Below are positions 51,250-64,000 of a DNA stretch of 64,000 nucleotides, piece after piece. The notes beneath the pieces were generated by a model, which did no database searches, had not been told where the DNA came from, and worked only from the letters and a program-made list of their open reading frames with translations. Origin of the DNA: Eledone cirrhosa (Eukaryota); assembly GCA_964016885.1 (NCBI GenBank), contig OZ024741.1, positions 173,538,001-173,602,000 on the forward strand, read 5' to 3'. Numbering within the stretch: the stretch's first letter is position 1; every line of letters starts with the position of its first letter. The translations under genes and the position numbers were made by a program.

Positions 51250-54200
51250 AACAAGGCCTCCCAAGAAAAGAACTCTCATTGGTCGATTATATAATGATGC
51301 AAGTAGGTCTAAGCGAAGGCGTCTGACTGAAGATGTAAATGCAACTGCGATCTGCCTCTCACAGGATGCTGTGCAGACGGCAGCTGCAAGAGCGGAGGAG
51401 GATGACAGTCGACATGAACTTCAATGGAACAAAAGTGCTGCCGCGACTGCTACTGCTTGCACACGGGAGGATGAAGGATGACGTGCCGCTCGACGTAGCA
51501 GGGATGCCACTGCAACATTCGCTGCTCGCGCTCGAGAGGATGAAGGACGACGCGCCGTTCGACAAAGCAGGGATGCCACTGCCACTGCTGCTGCATGAAA
51601 TACTGAAACCAGAGAGCAACGACGTGGCCGACTTCTGCAAAGTGAACTGCGGCGATCATCGTTACGTGGCATTTCTAGGACTTGCAATTCACGATGGTTG
51701 TTGAAGGCCTTTAACTACGACCCCTCCTCCGACTACGCCGTCCATGCAGATATTCAAATTGGGGAAATGACCTCTACTTGCCAGTTTTGTCGTACGAAAA
51801 AGTGGCCAGGGGAGAGAGATGGAATGTGCTGTTCAAAAGGTAAAGTTAGACTTCCTCCTATTCACGACCCTCCAGAGACATTGCAACTTCTTTTGACAGA
51901 CACGACGGAGGAATCATCGAAGTTTCTGTGTAATATCCGTCGCTACAATTCCACATTTCAGATGACATCCTTCGGAGCAAAGCTTGCCTCGGAACGTGTG
52001 TTCATGCCTACTTTCAAGGACCAGGGGAAGATCTACCACTTGATTGGGTCTATTCAGCCTCTGGCAGAAAAGGATCCTCAATTTCTTCAGTTATACTTCG
52101 TTGGAAACTTTCAGGAGCAGGCAGAGATGCGAAACTCTATTTCGTCCGAAACTAACATTGGAACCATAATAAAACTTTAAGAAATGCTTCATGACAAAAA
52201 CAGCTATGTTCGCAGTTTCAAGTACGCTTTGGAAACAACCACCGACCAAAACTTTAGTGTGGTCATACATGCTGACCGAAGGTCATCTGGAGAACACGCT
52301 GGTCAGTTCAATGCACCAACATGTAATGAGATTGCTGTGGTTATTTGTGGTGAACAGCACAACAAGAGAGATATCATTCTAAAGCATCGAGACAGCACAT
52401 TACAGCGTATCAATGAGACACACAGGTCCTACGATGCACTCCAGTATCCATTGCTATTTGTCAACGGCGAGGACGGATACCATTTCGGCATTCCTCAACA
52501 TTCGGCAGGCAATGGTGAGGCACATCTTAACAAAACTGTCACCTGCATGGATTTCTACACTTTCCGATTTATGGTAAGGGACAATTCATTCAACCATCTA
52601 CACCGTTCTTGGGACCTTTTCGAACAATTTGCTGTTGATATGGCCGTTAAAATGGAGTCCGAGAGATTATGGTTCATTAAATTAAATCAAAAGAAACTTC
52701 GATCTGAATGCTACATTCATCTACGCGATGGAATTAACAACGACGTATCCCCAGACAATTTAGGGCAAGTGTGTATTTTGCCTTCAACATTCACAGGGGG
52801 ACTCCGATACATGCATGAGAGGCTCATGACACCATGACCTATGTATGACAGTATGGGCGCCCCGACCTTTTCATAACGTTTACATGCAATCCCAAGTGGA
52901 AGGAGATTACAAACAAACTGTTCCATGGTCAAGCACCAAGACACAGGCACGATCTCATAGCAAGAGTGTTTCACCTGAAATTATCTAAATTAATGGATTT
53001 ATTAAAGAAAGGACAGGTTTTGTGGCCTATCAAGTGCGACATGTACACGGTTGAATGGCAGAAACGGGGCTGCCGCATGCCTATATCTTGATTTGGTTGG
53101 TTACAAAAATCAGTTCAAACTACATCGACAAATTCATTTCTGCCGAACTACCTGATCCATCGATTGACCAGGACCTCTTCTCTGTAGTTACATCAAACAT
53201 GGTCCATGGTCCTTGCGGACATGGACTCAATATGAAGACCCCGTGCATACACGACGGAAAGTGTACACAATGATATCCCAGGCTGTTTTTTATAGGAAAC
53301 ACAGACTGGCGGTGACGGATATCCGTTGCATAGGCGCAGGAGATCTGAAGACGGTGGGTTCACAGCAAAAGTTGGTGAATGCGAAATCGACAACAGCTGG
53401 ATAGTGCCATATTGCCCCTTCCTCTTGAAAGCGTTTAACGCCCATATAAACGTCTAATTTTGCAACTCAGTAAAATCAATTAAATACGTTTGTAAGTACG
53501 TAAACAAGGGATCGGATGCTGCCGTCTTTGGTCTTCGTCATGAAAACAGTAGAGACGAGGTATCTGACTACCCAGCAGGCTGATACATTAGCAGCAATGA
53601 AGCCTTTTGGTGCGTTTTTAGCTTCCCACTGCACCAACGACACCCTGTCATTATACAACTTGCCATTCACCTTGAAAACGGTCAACGGGTGTATTTGAAC
53701 AATGCAAGAGCTGCTCAGCTAGCGATCTCACCAAAGGAAACTACACTCACCGTTTTTTTCAAACTTTGTCAACACAACGACTTCGCTCGAACTCTGCTGT
53801 ATTCTGAAATACCGTCTTACTATACATGGAACCGGACAAAATGGCTACGAAGGGAGGTAGGGCAAGAGGTGGTTGGACATCCAGGCATCAAATTCGAAAA
53901 TTGCCTTGGGCGAGTTTATACGGTCCACCCTACCCAACACGAATGTGGACTTCTGCTTCATGAAGTAAGAGGGCTGACCAGCTTCACTCATCTGAGAACC
54001 GTTGATGGATACGCCTGCGGAACATAGAGGGAAGCCTGCTTGAGGCGTGGACTTTTAGAAGATGACACACAAAGGGATGCAACCTTGATGGAAGCTGCCA
54101 TCTCACAATCATCCCGTAGTCTAAGAACACTTTTTGCTATCCTCTTGCACGTCTGTGAATTGAGCGATGCTTACTCTTTATGTCAAAAGTTTAAAGGTGA

Positions 54201-55806
54201 TTTCGCAGACGAATATAGGCGTCTCGCTCAATTGCAATCTCAAAACTTAGATGTCGACTTTTCAGACGCTATATATATAACAGAGCTCTGATCGATATTG
54301 TAGACAGAGTGGTTTCAATGGGCGGAGATGTCTTGGAGAAATATGGGCTTCCGCAAACACTTTGAGATGCGCCATCTGACATTCCCAATGACATTATACG
54401 TCATATGATGTCGACGAACTCAAAAGGTATGTTGAAGAAAATGAACCAAAACTTCTAATGGATCAAAAACAAGCCTACAACATTGTCATTGATTCCATCC
54501 GTAATCGGGGAGGGGGTATATTCTTCCTGGACGCACCTGGAGGCACGGCAAAACATTTGTAATCAAACTTTTACTCGCTGCAGTGAGGCAACACAGAAAC
54601 ATCACATTGGCCGTGGCTTCTTCTGGCATTGCAGCAACTTTGCTGCCTGGTGGCAGGACGGCCCATTCTGCCTTCAGTCTTCCTCTCAACGTGGCATCAT
54701 CTGAGACACCCACGTGCAACATCAGCAAGTGTTCCGGAAAAGCACTGGTGTTAAAGCGCTGCCTACTAATTGTTTGGGATGAATGCACAATGGCCCACAG
54801 GGTGGCTTTCGAGGCATTAGACCGGTCACTCAGAGACATCAGGGACTGTCAAGAACCAATGGGAGGTGTCACTTTCCTGTTATCTGGGGACTTCCAACAG
54901 ACTCTGCCTGTAATCTCAAAAGATACGCGGGCTGATGAGGTTGGTGCATGCCTTAAGGCCTTCTCACTTTGGCGTTATGTAAGAAAGCTGACGCTTACAA
55001 CCAACATGAGAACACAACTGCAAGGTGATGAGACATCAGCGGGTTTTGCTGCTGCCATTTTGTTGTTGGGAGATCCCACTCGACGGAGATGGTACAGCGG
55101 ACCTCACAAGGATTTGCAGATGCATTAAGTCAATTGCTGAGTTACGGACGTCTGTTTTTCCTAATCTTGAGGAGAACTACACAAATCAAGAGTGGTTGTG
55201 TGAACGCGCAATATTGGCTTCGAAAAACTACATAGTTGGAAACATCAATGAAAAGCTCATGCTGTGTCTGCCTGGAAACCTTCACCTCTACAAGTCCCTT
55301 GACTCTATGGCTGATCCGGACGAAGTTGTTAATTACCCCACAGAATTTCTTAACTCCCTAGACCCTCCCGGATTGCTACCACACTTACTGCGACTTAAGA
55401 AAGGTGCCTTGTCATGCTCCTCAGAAATTTGGAATCCTGAAGGCTTTCCAATGGCACGCGTCTGGTCATCCAAAACGCGATGCCTCATGTTATTGAGGCA
55501 ACAATACTTACAGGATGTGGTAAGGGGGATACTGTCTTCATACCAAGGATACCTCTCATTCCATCCGGTAAAGACATTCCTTTCATATTCAGAAGGCTGC
55601 AATTCCCTCTCCGGCTCAGTTTTGCTATGTCGATTAACAAATCACAGGGTCAGACGCTGACAATCGTAGGGCTTAATTTAGAAGAACCGTGCTTCTCCCA
55701 TAGTCAACTATATGTTGGCTGCTCTCGAGTGGGGAGCCGACAAAACCTATTTGCTTTTGCAGCTCACGAGAAAACCCGAAATATAGTCTATAAGGAAGTT
55801 TTGTAG
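51250..55806 (+). pseudogene. Helitron RepHel (HUH Rep + PIF1-family helicase), disrupted
   Basis: CQFCRTKKWPGE..CCSKGKV zinc finger; YDALQYPL; FITFTCNPKW; GLPHAYILIW (HUH-like); KYVCKYVNKGSD; LDAPGG (Walker A); IVWDECTM; GDFQQTLP; QFPLRLSFAMSINKSQGQTL; QLYVGCSRV; many stops and frameshifts. Confidence 0.95.
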
Positions 55807-56188
55807 GCTCCCCATTCGCCAACAAGTAATCGCTGTTTTTTTTTTTTTGTATAAGTGCTTACATTTGCTGTATCCGTGTGCTATTTTTGTCCCTTTGAAA
55901 ATACCACGTACGCCTCTGAGGTTACTTTTGCTATACGTTATAAATTTTCAATGTCTCCGTTTTCCACATTTATATGTTGCTATTACGCTTTGCTATCAAT
56001 CTTCCGTAGTTTTAACCTAATTAATCTACTTTTCCCTACATCTTATTTACACATTTTTTTCACATTCCAGCGTGATCTTGCCAAGGCTGTTTTTGTGGCC
56101 ACCGACTGTTACATGCTTTTCTAGGTTACAATCTCAAATAACATGCAAAGCAAATACGACACACCAAAGTGGTGTGAAGGACTTGTTA

Positions 56189-56585
56189 AGGGCCACCACC
56201 TCTAATCGGAGTCGTCTTTGCTGACAGCTCTGCCGCTGGGACTTTTAAGAGTGAACGATCCAAGGCCCTCTTCAGGGCCACCAAGTTTAAATTGTTACCA
56301 TCAGATTCATCTCTGCTGGCAACACCGCCGCTGAGATATTTCAAAGTGAACGTTAAAAGGTCTTCTTCAGGGCCACCAACTATAAATTGTTATCGCTGGA
56401 TTCGTCTTTGCTGGCAGCACCGCCGCTGAGACTTTTAAGAGTGAACGGTCCAAGGCTCTCTTTAGGGCCACCAACTTTAAATTGTTACCATCGGATTCGT
56501 CTTTGCTGGCAGCACCGCCGCAGAGATATTTCAAAATGAACGTTAAAAGGCCATCTTTAGGGCCAACATCTATAAATTGTTACTT
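56189..56585 (+). repeat. 95-bp minisatellite with alternating A/B (190-bp) higher-order structure in the Helitron 3' region
   Basis: agggcca recurs at 56189, 56274, 56369, 56464 and 56559; units alternate gacttttaagagtgaacg and gatatttcaaa.tgaacgtt. Confidence 0.9.
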
Positions 56586-56774
56586 CTATAGTTGTGTTTA
56601 ACAGAAGTTTTTATGTTCATTTGAACGACTCCTCCATTGAGAGTTATACTGGGCAACGCCGGGTACCTCTGCTAGTTTATAATAAATTGAAGTGGAAACT
56701 AACAGGTGCGAGCGTTTTTATTGGCAGCATGACTCTCCCAAAGTATAACAATATATATATATATATATATATGA

Positions 56775-58080
56775 CGAATATAGGGTCCAAGAGGCGATTA
56801 AGGAAATGAAAAATGGTAAGGCTGCTGGTCCGTCGGGGATAGTTGCTGAGATGCTGAAGTCATCAGGGGACGTAGACACTAAACTGGTTGCACACATCAT
56901 CAATCAGGCTATATATGGTGGTGTCATACCCAAAGGCTGGAGCAGCAGTATTCTCATAAATTGCTACAAAGGTAAAGGGATGCTCTGGAGAGAAACAATT
57001 ATAGGGGTATAAAATTGATGGATCAGGTTATGAAAGTGGCAGAAAGGATATTAGCACAACTAATTAGAGAAAGGGTCAAACTCGATGAGATGCAGTTTGG
57101 TTTTGTGCCTGGGAAAAGTACAACAGATGCCCTCTTCTTGGTGAGACAATTACAAGAGGGGTTCTTAGAGAAGAATAAGCCACTATACTTAGCCTTTGTT
57201 GATCTAGAGAAGGCCTTTGATAGGGTACCCTGATCTGTCATGTGGTGGTCCCTAAGGAAACTAGGTGTTGAGGAATGGCTTGTGAGGACAGTGCAAACTT
57301 TGTACAGAGGTGCTGTCAGTAAAGTCAGAGTAGGAATGGAGTTTAGTGAGGAATTCCAGATACAAGTAGGAGTACATCAAGGTTCGGGGAAAGTTGGCAG
57401 TAGTAATCGCATTGATAGACACATTTTTCAAATGCAGGCGGGTGCTATAGAAGTAGTTGATAGCTTCCGGTACCTAGGTGATCAGATTAGCATGGGGGGG
57501 GGGGGGTGTTCCGAGGCCATAGTATCTAGAATAAGGACGGGTTGGAAGAAGTTTAGGGAGATGCGTCCTCTACTGACGAAGAAGGGTTTCTCGCTGCGTA
57601 CGAAAGGCCGGTTATATGATGCCTGTGTGAGGAGTGCGATGCTGCATGGTAGTGAGACATGGGCAGCAACTGCAGAGGATATGCAACGGCTGGAGAGAAA
57701 TGAGGCAAGCATGCTCCGTTGGATGTGCAATGTAAATGTGCGTGAACGACCCAGCATGGATGTGTTGAGAAAGAAACTGTGTCTGAGAGGGATAGAATGT
57801 AGTGTGCGAGAGAGGAGACTGCGGTGGTATGGACATGTGATGCGCATGGAGGATGACCGATGAGTGAAGAAGTGCCAGGAAATGCCAGTTGAAGGAAGAC
57901 GTGGTAGAGGTAAACCATGAAAAACATGGGTGGAGGTGGTGAGAACAGACCTCAGAACACTGAAGCTCATGGTGGAGATGACGAAGGACCGTGACAAGTG
58001 GAGAGATGCTGTGCTGAATAAGACCCATCCCACCCTTGCAAGCAGGGAAAAGTGGACGTATGATGATGATGATGATGATA
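56775..58080 (+). mobile_element. RTE LINE family B, 5'-truncated with internal deletion
   Basis: KNGKAAGPSGIVAEML, QFGFVPGKSTTDA, FVDLEKAFDRVP, GVHQGS then a jump past YADD, MLHGSETW, RRLRWYGHV; (gat)n tail. Confidence 0.92.
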
Positions 58081-58091
58081 TATATATATTA

Positions 58092-58250
58092 CAGTGAAAT
58101 TCTGTTATAACAAAATTCACGAGGCATTAAAAAAATTTGTTGTAACGAAAAATTCTTTATAACGAGATTGACTGAAACAAACCGAACGTTTGTTATTACC
58201 CCAGGGATTGAACAAATTTTTGTTATACTGAAAAATTCGTTATAATGGTA
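58092..58250. mobile_element. pogo/Tigger-like MITE remnant
   Basis: TA|CAGTGAAATTCTGTTATAAC start with repeated ttcgttata/ttataacg subterminal motifs. Confidence 0.5.
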
Positions 58251-58257
58251 TACATAC

Positions 58258-58309
<52 letters not shown>

Positions 58310-58708
58310 ATTGTTTAAGGTAATCCAGTTAGAGGTTGTGAGTACACTGTACTGTGGATAGTTTTAACGTACAGCATTGTTTGACTCAACAAGAAGTTTC
58401 CTTAATTAAGTGGCAAGTTTACGAGAATACCTATGCAGGTGATTCTTGGAGTAATAGTTTTGTACAGCCAACCATGTTATTCTTCACTCTTTCACTATAT
58501 ATATATATATAATAAGTTGACGGGACTAGCATAAGTTTCACTGCTAGTACTGGTTGCATCAATAGGTAAAGTTATGTAAAAATCCCAGAGTAGGCACAAA
58601 GTTATTTGCTTCAATACAACACACGTAAATGTTTATATATATAACTAACAAATAGTTTTATCACTCTACATGGTTGAATACAAGAAATGTAAATCTCAGT
58701 TTTTCGAT

Positions 58709-58754
<46 letters not shown>

Positions 58755-58756
<2 letters not shown>

Positions 58757-58960
58757 TCATCATTTTATGTCAGCTTTTCCCTGCTTGCAAGGGTGGGATG
58801 GGTCCTATTCAGCACAGCATCTCTCCACTTGTCACGGTCCTTCGTCATCTCCTCCGTGAGCTTCAGCGATCTGAGGTCTGTTTTCACCCCCTCCGCCCAT
58901 GTTTTTCGTGGTCTACCTCTACCACGTCTTCCTTCAACTGACATTTCCTGGCACTACTTT
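58755..58960 (-). mobile_element. RTE family B 3' fragment
   Basis: Reverse complement of 57870-58075. Confidence 0.85.
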
Positions 58961-60639
58961 ATATATAATAATATTCGAAAAACTCTGATTTACATTTCTT
59001 GTATTCAGCCATGTAGAGCAATAAAACTATTTGTTAGTTATATATATATAATACACATATATTTAAGAATCAAATATTCTTTAAAATATTTACTATATAT
59101 ATAGTAGAAATATAATTTTAAAAAATATTTGTTTCTTAAAGGATAAAATAATCACCAGAAGTGTTTTTCTTATCATTTCTCAAACACACATACACAGATG
59201 CATACACACATACACAATTTATATATTCAAAAAGTTTAATAGATTTTCTTTTAATGAATTATTGTCAAGTCTTTTTTCAATCCAACATACTTGAATGAGA
59301 GTGTGGTTAATGTAGTGTGAAGTGAATGTGATCTTGTGCTTGCAATTCTCCAAGGCCAGCATTACATTTTATCTCATGATCAAAAAGAAATTATTCTAAT
59401 ATTTTATCCATTTGACCATTTCAATGTGTCTGACTTAACCCTTTAGCATTTACATTACTTTATATGTATATACTATTATATTTTCACAGTAAATACTTTA
59501 CCTCACATAATTTCGAAGTTATGAGATTTCAATATTATTTATTTTGAGAACAAAACCTTAACCCTTTAGCATTTAAACTGGCCATATCTGGCCAGAATTC
59601 CTTCACCTCTTTCTGCTCAAACTGGCTGTAACTGGCCATTCATACTAATGTTAAAGTATTGTTCTCAAAATAAATAATATTGAAATCTCATAGATTTGAT
59701 ATTATGTGAGATAATTATGTAAGATAAAGCCTTTACCATTAGAATACAATTGTAAATATAGAGTAATTGTAAATGTTAAAGGGTTAAAATAAACAGTTTT
59801 GTATTGTAAAATCAAGGGCAACATGGTATAAGATTTAGACCAAGTCACTGATTATCCCTTTAGCATTTAAACCACCCATATCTGGCCAGAATTCTCTCAC
59901 CTCTTTTTGTTCAAACCAGCCATAACCAGCCGTTCATACTGATGTTAAGGTATTGTTCTCAAAATAAATAATTGTTTCTGCTTTAGGCACAAGGCCAGCA
60001 ATTACCCAGTGCATTACTGGTACTTTATTTTATCGACCCCGTAAGGATGAAAGGCAAAGTCAACCTCGGCGGGATTTGAACTCAGATCGTAAAGGGACGT
60101 AACTATGCTGGAAAACATGGCGTCCGACCCTCTACCGATACTGCCGATCCACCGTTTCTCAAAATAAATAATATCAAACTCTCATAGATTTGATATTATG
60201 TGAGATAATTATGTAAGATAAAGCCTTGACCGTTAGAATACAATTGTAAATATAGTATGATGTAAATGCTAAAGGGTTAAAATAAACAGTTTTGTATTGT
60301 AAAATCAAGGCCAACATGGTATAAGAGTTAGACCAAGTCGCTGATTAAAATGTTTATATCTATCTAAAATATCAGCTTAACCCTTTCATTTCCATATTTC
60401 TAATGAAAGATACTGCTGATAATTTTTAAGTCATTTTGAAAATAATCAAGAATTTGGAGGGATTTAATAACATAGTTAACTTTCTCATTACTTATCAGGT
60501 GTTTGGAGCATAACTTAAAGGTTTTTATATAAAATTATAATAGGTCTTTAAGTAAATATAAACAATTTAAAATAACCAATTTTGTATTGTAGAACCAGGT
60601 GCATTTTCATGCAGTTTGGTATCAAAGGGATTAATAATG

Positions 60640-60800
60640 AGAACGATAGTGTTATAGGTTTCCTATTTAAATTTGGTAAGTCAAACTTGATTGTTTGAAA
60701 ACACTCTGTGAGACAGAAATTACATTTGAAGTTGCTGGGCTTGATAGTTTGAACAACCTTCGAAATATTCCAGTTGAGCGAGTAATGTGTTAGAATTTTA
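60640..60800 (-). mobile_element. Second Naiad-type Penelope GIY-YIG C-terminal fragment
   Basis: HYSLNWNISKVVQTIKPSNFKCNFCLTECFQTIKFDLPNLNRK parallels the W...CxxC..E...LN pattern at 35959-36165. Confidence 0.55.
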
Positions 60801-61724
60801 AAAAAAATCCCATATATAAAACTAAATCCCTCAAAATGTTTTATTATTTTCAAAACAATTGAAAAATTGTAGACAGAGTCTTATATTAGAAATATGGTAA
60901 AGAAAGGGTTAGTGCACACCACTTGATCGACCTCAGTGCATTACTGGTACTTTATTTTATCGACCCCGTAAGGATGAAAGACAAAGTTAACCTTGATGGC
61001 ATTTGAAGTCAGAATGTAAAAGGCATAATTACATGCCACAAAATAATGTCTGACGCTCTACCAATGCTGCCAATAATGTTTCTACTTTTGGCACAAGGCC
61101 AACAATTACCCCAGTGCATTACTGGTACTTTATTTTATCGACCCTGTAAGGATGAAAGGCAAAGTTAACCTTGGCGAGATTTGAACTCAGAATGTAAAAG
61201 ACCATAACTATGCTGTAAAGCATGGTGTCTGATGCTCTACCGATACTGCTAATAATAATAATAATGATTTCTAGTATAGGAACAAGGCCAGTAATAAATC
61301 TTGTTCTAATATTCAGTATGGCATCTTACTATATATTTTGAAGTACTAGAGTGACTCATTATATGTCAGGGAATTCAGAGAGTATACTTCTGCCAACATT
61401 AGAAAAATACTTAGATAAATACATAATAATTTCATGGTGCTTATACAAAATAAATTGAATACTAAATAAAATTTAAAGAAACAACAACAAATTTCTGATT
61501 TGTATATTTGCAATAAATATATGTTATCAATAAAAATAATATTCTCATACTCTGGTAATGAAGGGAGTGGGGAATATTTACAAAAAGTCAAAAAAAATGT
61601 CCAATTTAGCGATGTTTTTACTCTATAGGTTAAATATTCAAATATTTATATCAATAAAAAAGATAAATAAACAATATTATAATTCACTTGTGCATTCGTT
61701 CTTCATTCATAAATTCATGTATAT

Positions 61725-63525
61725 ATCATCATCATCATTTTACGTCCGCTTTTCCCTGCTTGCAAGGGTTGGGCGGGTCCTATTCAGCACAGCATTTCTC
61801 CACTTGTCATGGTCCTTCGTCATCTCCTCCGTGAGTTTCAGCGATCTGAGGTTTGCTCTCACCACCTCCACCCATGTTTTTTGTGGTCTACCTCAACTGC
61901 GATTTCTTGGCAATTCTTTACCCAGCGGTCATCCTCCATGCACATCACATGTCCATACTATCGCAGCCTTCTCTCCTGCACACCACAACTTATCCCTCTT
62001 ATACCCAGTTTCTTTCTCAACTCGTCCATGCTTGGTCATTCACGCACATTGGCATTAAACATCCAACGGAGCATACTTGCTTCATTTCTCTCCAGCCATT
62101 GCATATCCTCTGCAGTTGCTGCCCAAGTCTCACTACCATGCAGCATCGTGCATCTCACACAGGCATCATATAACCGTCCTTTCATACGCAGGAAGAAACC
62201 CTTCTTTGTCAACAGAGGAAGCAGCTCCCTAAACTTCTTCCAACCGATCCTTATTCTAGATACTATGGCCTTGGAACATCCCACTTCCATGCTAATCTGA
62301 TCACCTAGGTACCGGAAGCTATCAATCACTTCTATAGAACCCACCTGCATTGGAAAAATGTGTCTATCATTGCGATTACTACTGTCTAATTTCCCTGTAC
62401 ATCTACTGCATACATAGTTTTCTCTACCTGTTAGTTTGCTGCTATCCAACTACATCTCTTATGTACCCAAGATCTGCATTGCGTACATTTTATGGAATTT
62501 ATGCCAGTTCCTTTCCTTCATATCGAACATGGCCATTTTCCTGATGGAATCAGAGTATTGTCCTCTCTTCTACTTATCAACACTTTTGTCTTAGCTATGT
62601 TCACTCTCAGTCCTCTTGATTCCAACTGCTGTTTCCATAGCCAGAATTTATTCTCTAGCTCCTCTACTGATTCTGCTATAAGAACCAGATCATCAGCATA
62701 GAGAAGTTACCATGGGCATCCAGTCTTAAACTCCTTTGTTATGGCTTGGAGGACTATAATGAACAAGAGGGGTCTGAGGACCGATCCCTGATGTACACCT
62801 ACGTGTACCTGGAATTCCTCACTAAACTCCATTCCTACTCTCACTTTACTGACAGCACCGCTGTACATAGCTTGCACTGTCCTCACAAGCCATTCCTCTA
62901 CACAGATGACAGATTGGGGTACCCTATCAAAGACCTTCTCTAGGTCAACAAAAGCTAAGTATAGTGGCTTATTCTTCTCTAAGAACCTCTCTTGTAATTG
63001 CCTCACCAAGAAGAGGGCATCTGTTCTACTTTTCCCAGGCACAAAACCAAACTGCATCTCATCTAATTTCACCCTTTCTCTAATCTGTTGTGCTAATATT
63101 CTCTCTGCCACTTTCATAACCTGATCCATCAGCTTTATGCCCCTATAATTGCTCCTCTCTAGAGCATCCCCTTTACCTGAAATTTATGAGAATACTGCTG
63201 CACCAGTCTTTGGGTATGACACCACCATATATAACTTGATTGATGATGCATGCAACCAGTTTAGTGCCTACTTCTGATGCCTTCAGCATCTCAGCAACTA
63301 TCCCTGACGGTCCAGTAGCCTTACCATTCTTCATTTCCTTAATTGCCTCTTGTACCCTATATTTGTCAATCTCAATAGCTGGTCCCTCTCTCGGGTGTAC
63401 TGGGGGGTAATTTCTCTCTCTCCCATTCGTTCTGCACACTCATCAGTCTCTCATAATGACATTTCCAGGCCTCATTTTTTTAATAATTCATGACACTAAG
63501 TACACCGGCATCATTGTGGACACAC
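61725..63525 (-). mobile_element. RTE LINE family B, 5'-truncated
   Basis: RT fragments 62036-63439 (KNGKATGPSG, FVDLEKVFDRVP, GVHQGSVL, YADDL, MLHGSETW); 3' tail gcaagcagggaaaagcggacgtaaaatgatgat. Confidence 0.92.
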
Positions 63526-63730
63526 ATATATATAGTGGCCGCTGACAACATCTTTCCATCTCTAGGGGACTTTACCTAGTTTTTATAAGATATTTTATAG
63601 CAACCGACTGCAATTGCAGTTATTTTCTGCATTTGAGCTTCCTACATCTTATAAATTTATTTCCTCAGCACTTTGTAAGTTCAAAAATTCAAACTTCAAA
63701 CATGACATTTGTTTTTATTTATATATATAT

Positions 63731-64000
63731 GGAGGCAGATAGCTTAGTGGTTAGAGCATTGGGCTTGCAATTGAAAGGTTGTGAGTTCAATTCTCAGACC
63801 GAGTGATGTGTTGTTTCTTTGAGCAAGACACTTTATTTCACATTGCTCCACTGCAAAGTGGTCGTGGAGGTGCCACGGCAAAAAAAAGCACCCAGCACTC
63901 ACTGTAAATGAGGTTGGTGTTAGGAAGGGCATCCAGCTGTAGAAATCAAGCCAGAATCAGTTCCCGTCCCACCCTTGCAAGCAGGGAAAAGCGGACGTAA
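63731..64000 (+). mobile_element. Chimeric tRNA/CORE-like SINE
   Basis: Box A tagcttagtggttag, box B gagttcaattc, CORE-like tgagcaagacactttatttcac, then RTE-A 3' UTR sequence, then the RTE-B 3' end. Confidence 0.75.

Larger units (their letters stand above)
49870..56675 (+). mobile_element. Formerly autonomous Helitron
   Basis: 5' TCtatatatataaaacagaagatgtctgtctg; 3' actgggcaacgccgggt hairpin followed by acctctgCTAG|T; contains the RepHel coding region. Confidence 0.92.

Noticed and set aside
56189-56585. Regularly spaced repeats as a CRISPR-like array
   Set aside because: Whole units repeat with no unique spacers, the context is eukaryotic and there are no cas genes; it is a minisatellite.

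Overview
AT-rich, repeat-dense eukaryotic (animal) genomic DNA. The tRNA-derived SINE families, RTE LINEs and (TA)n tracts look like those of an octopod cephalopod, which is an inference from repeat content only. The one clear host gene is the 3' part of SECISBP2L/SBP2 (SECIS-binding protein 2-like): seven phase-consistent GT-AG coding exons from 291 to 9204. The rest is mostly nested mobile DNA: RTE LINEs of several families with partner SINEs, a near-intact CR1 LINE, three CRE-clade retroelement pieces, a probable solo LTR with a 4-bp TSD, hAT, piggyBac and Tc1/pogo MITEs, and Penelope-like foldback remnants in (TA)n tracts, two with recognisable minimal hammerhead ribozyme cores. A 7.7-kb composite Helitron has an exact A|T empty site that can be rebuilt from a neighbouring palindrome arm. 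The least explained signal is a CpG-rich zone at about 20.3-22.0 kb holding three ~130-145-nt structured islands with TATA, PSE-like and oligo-T geometry, which may be an unannotated small-RNA gene cluster. All calls are by eye; no searches or folding programs were run.
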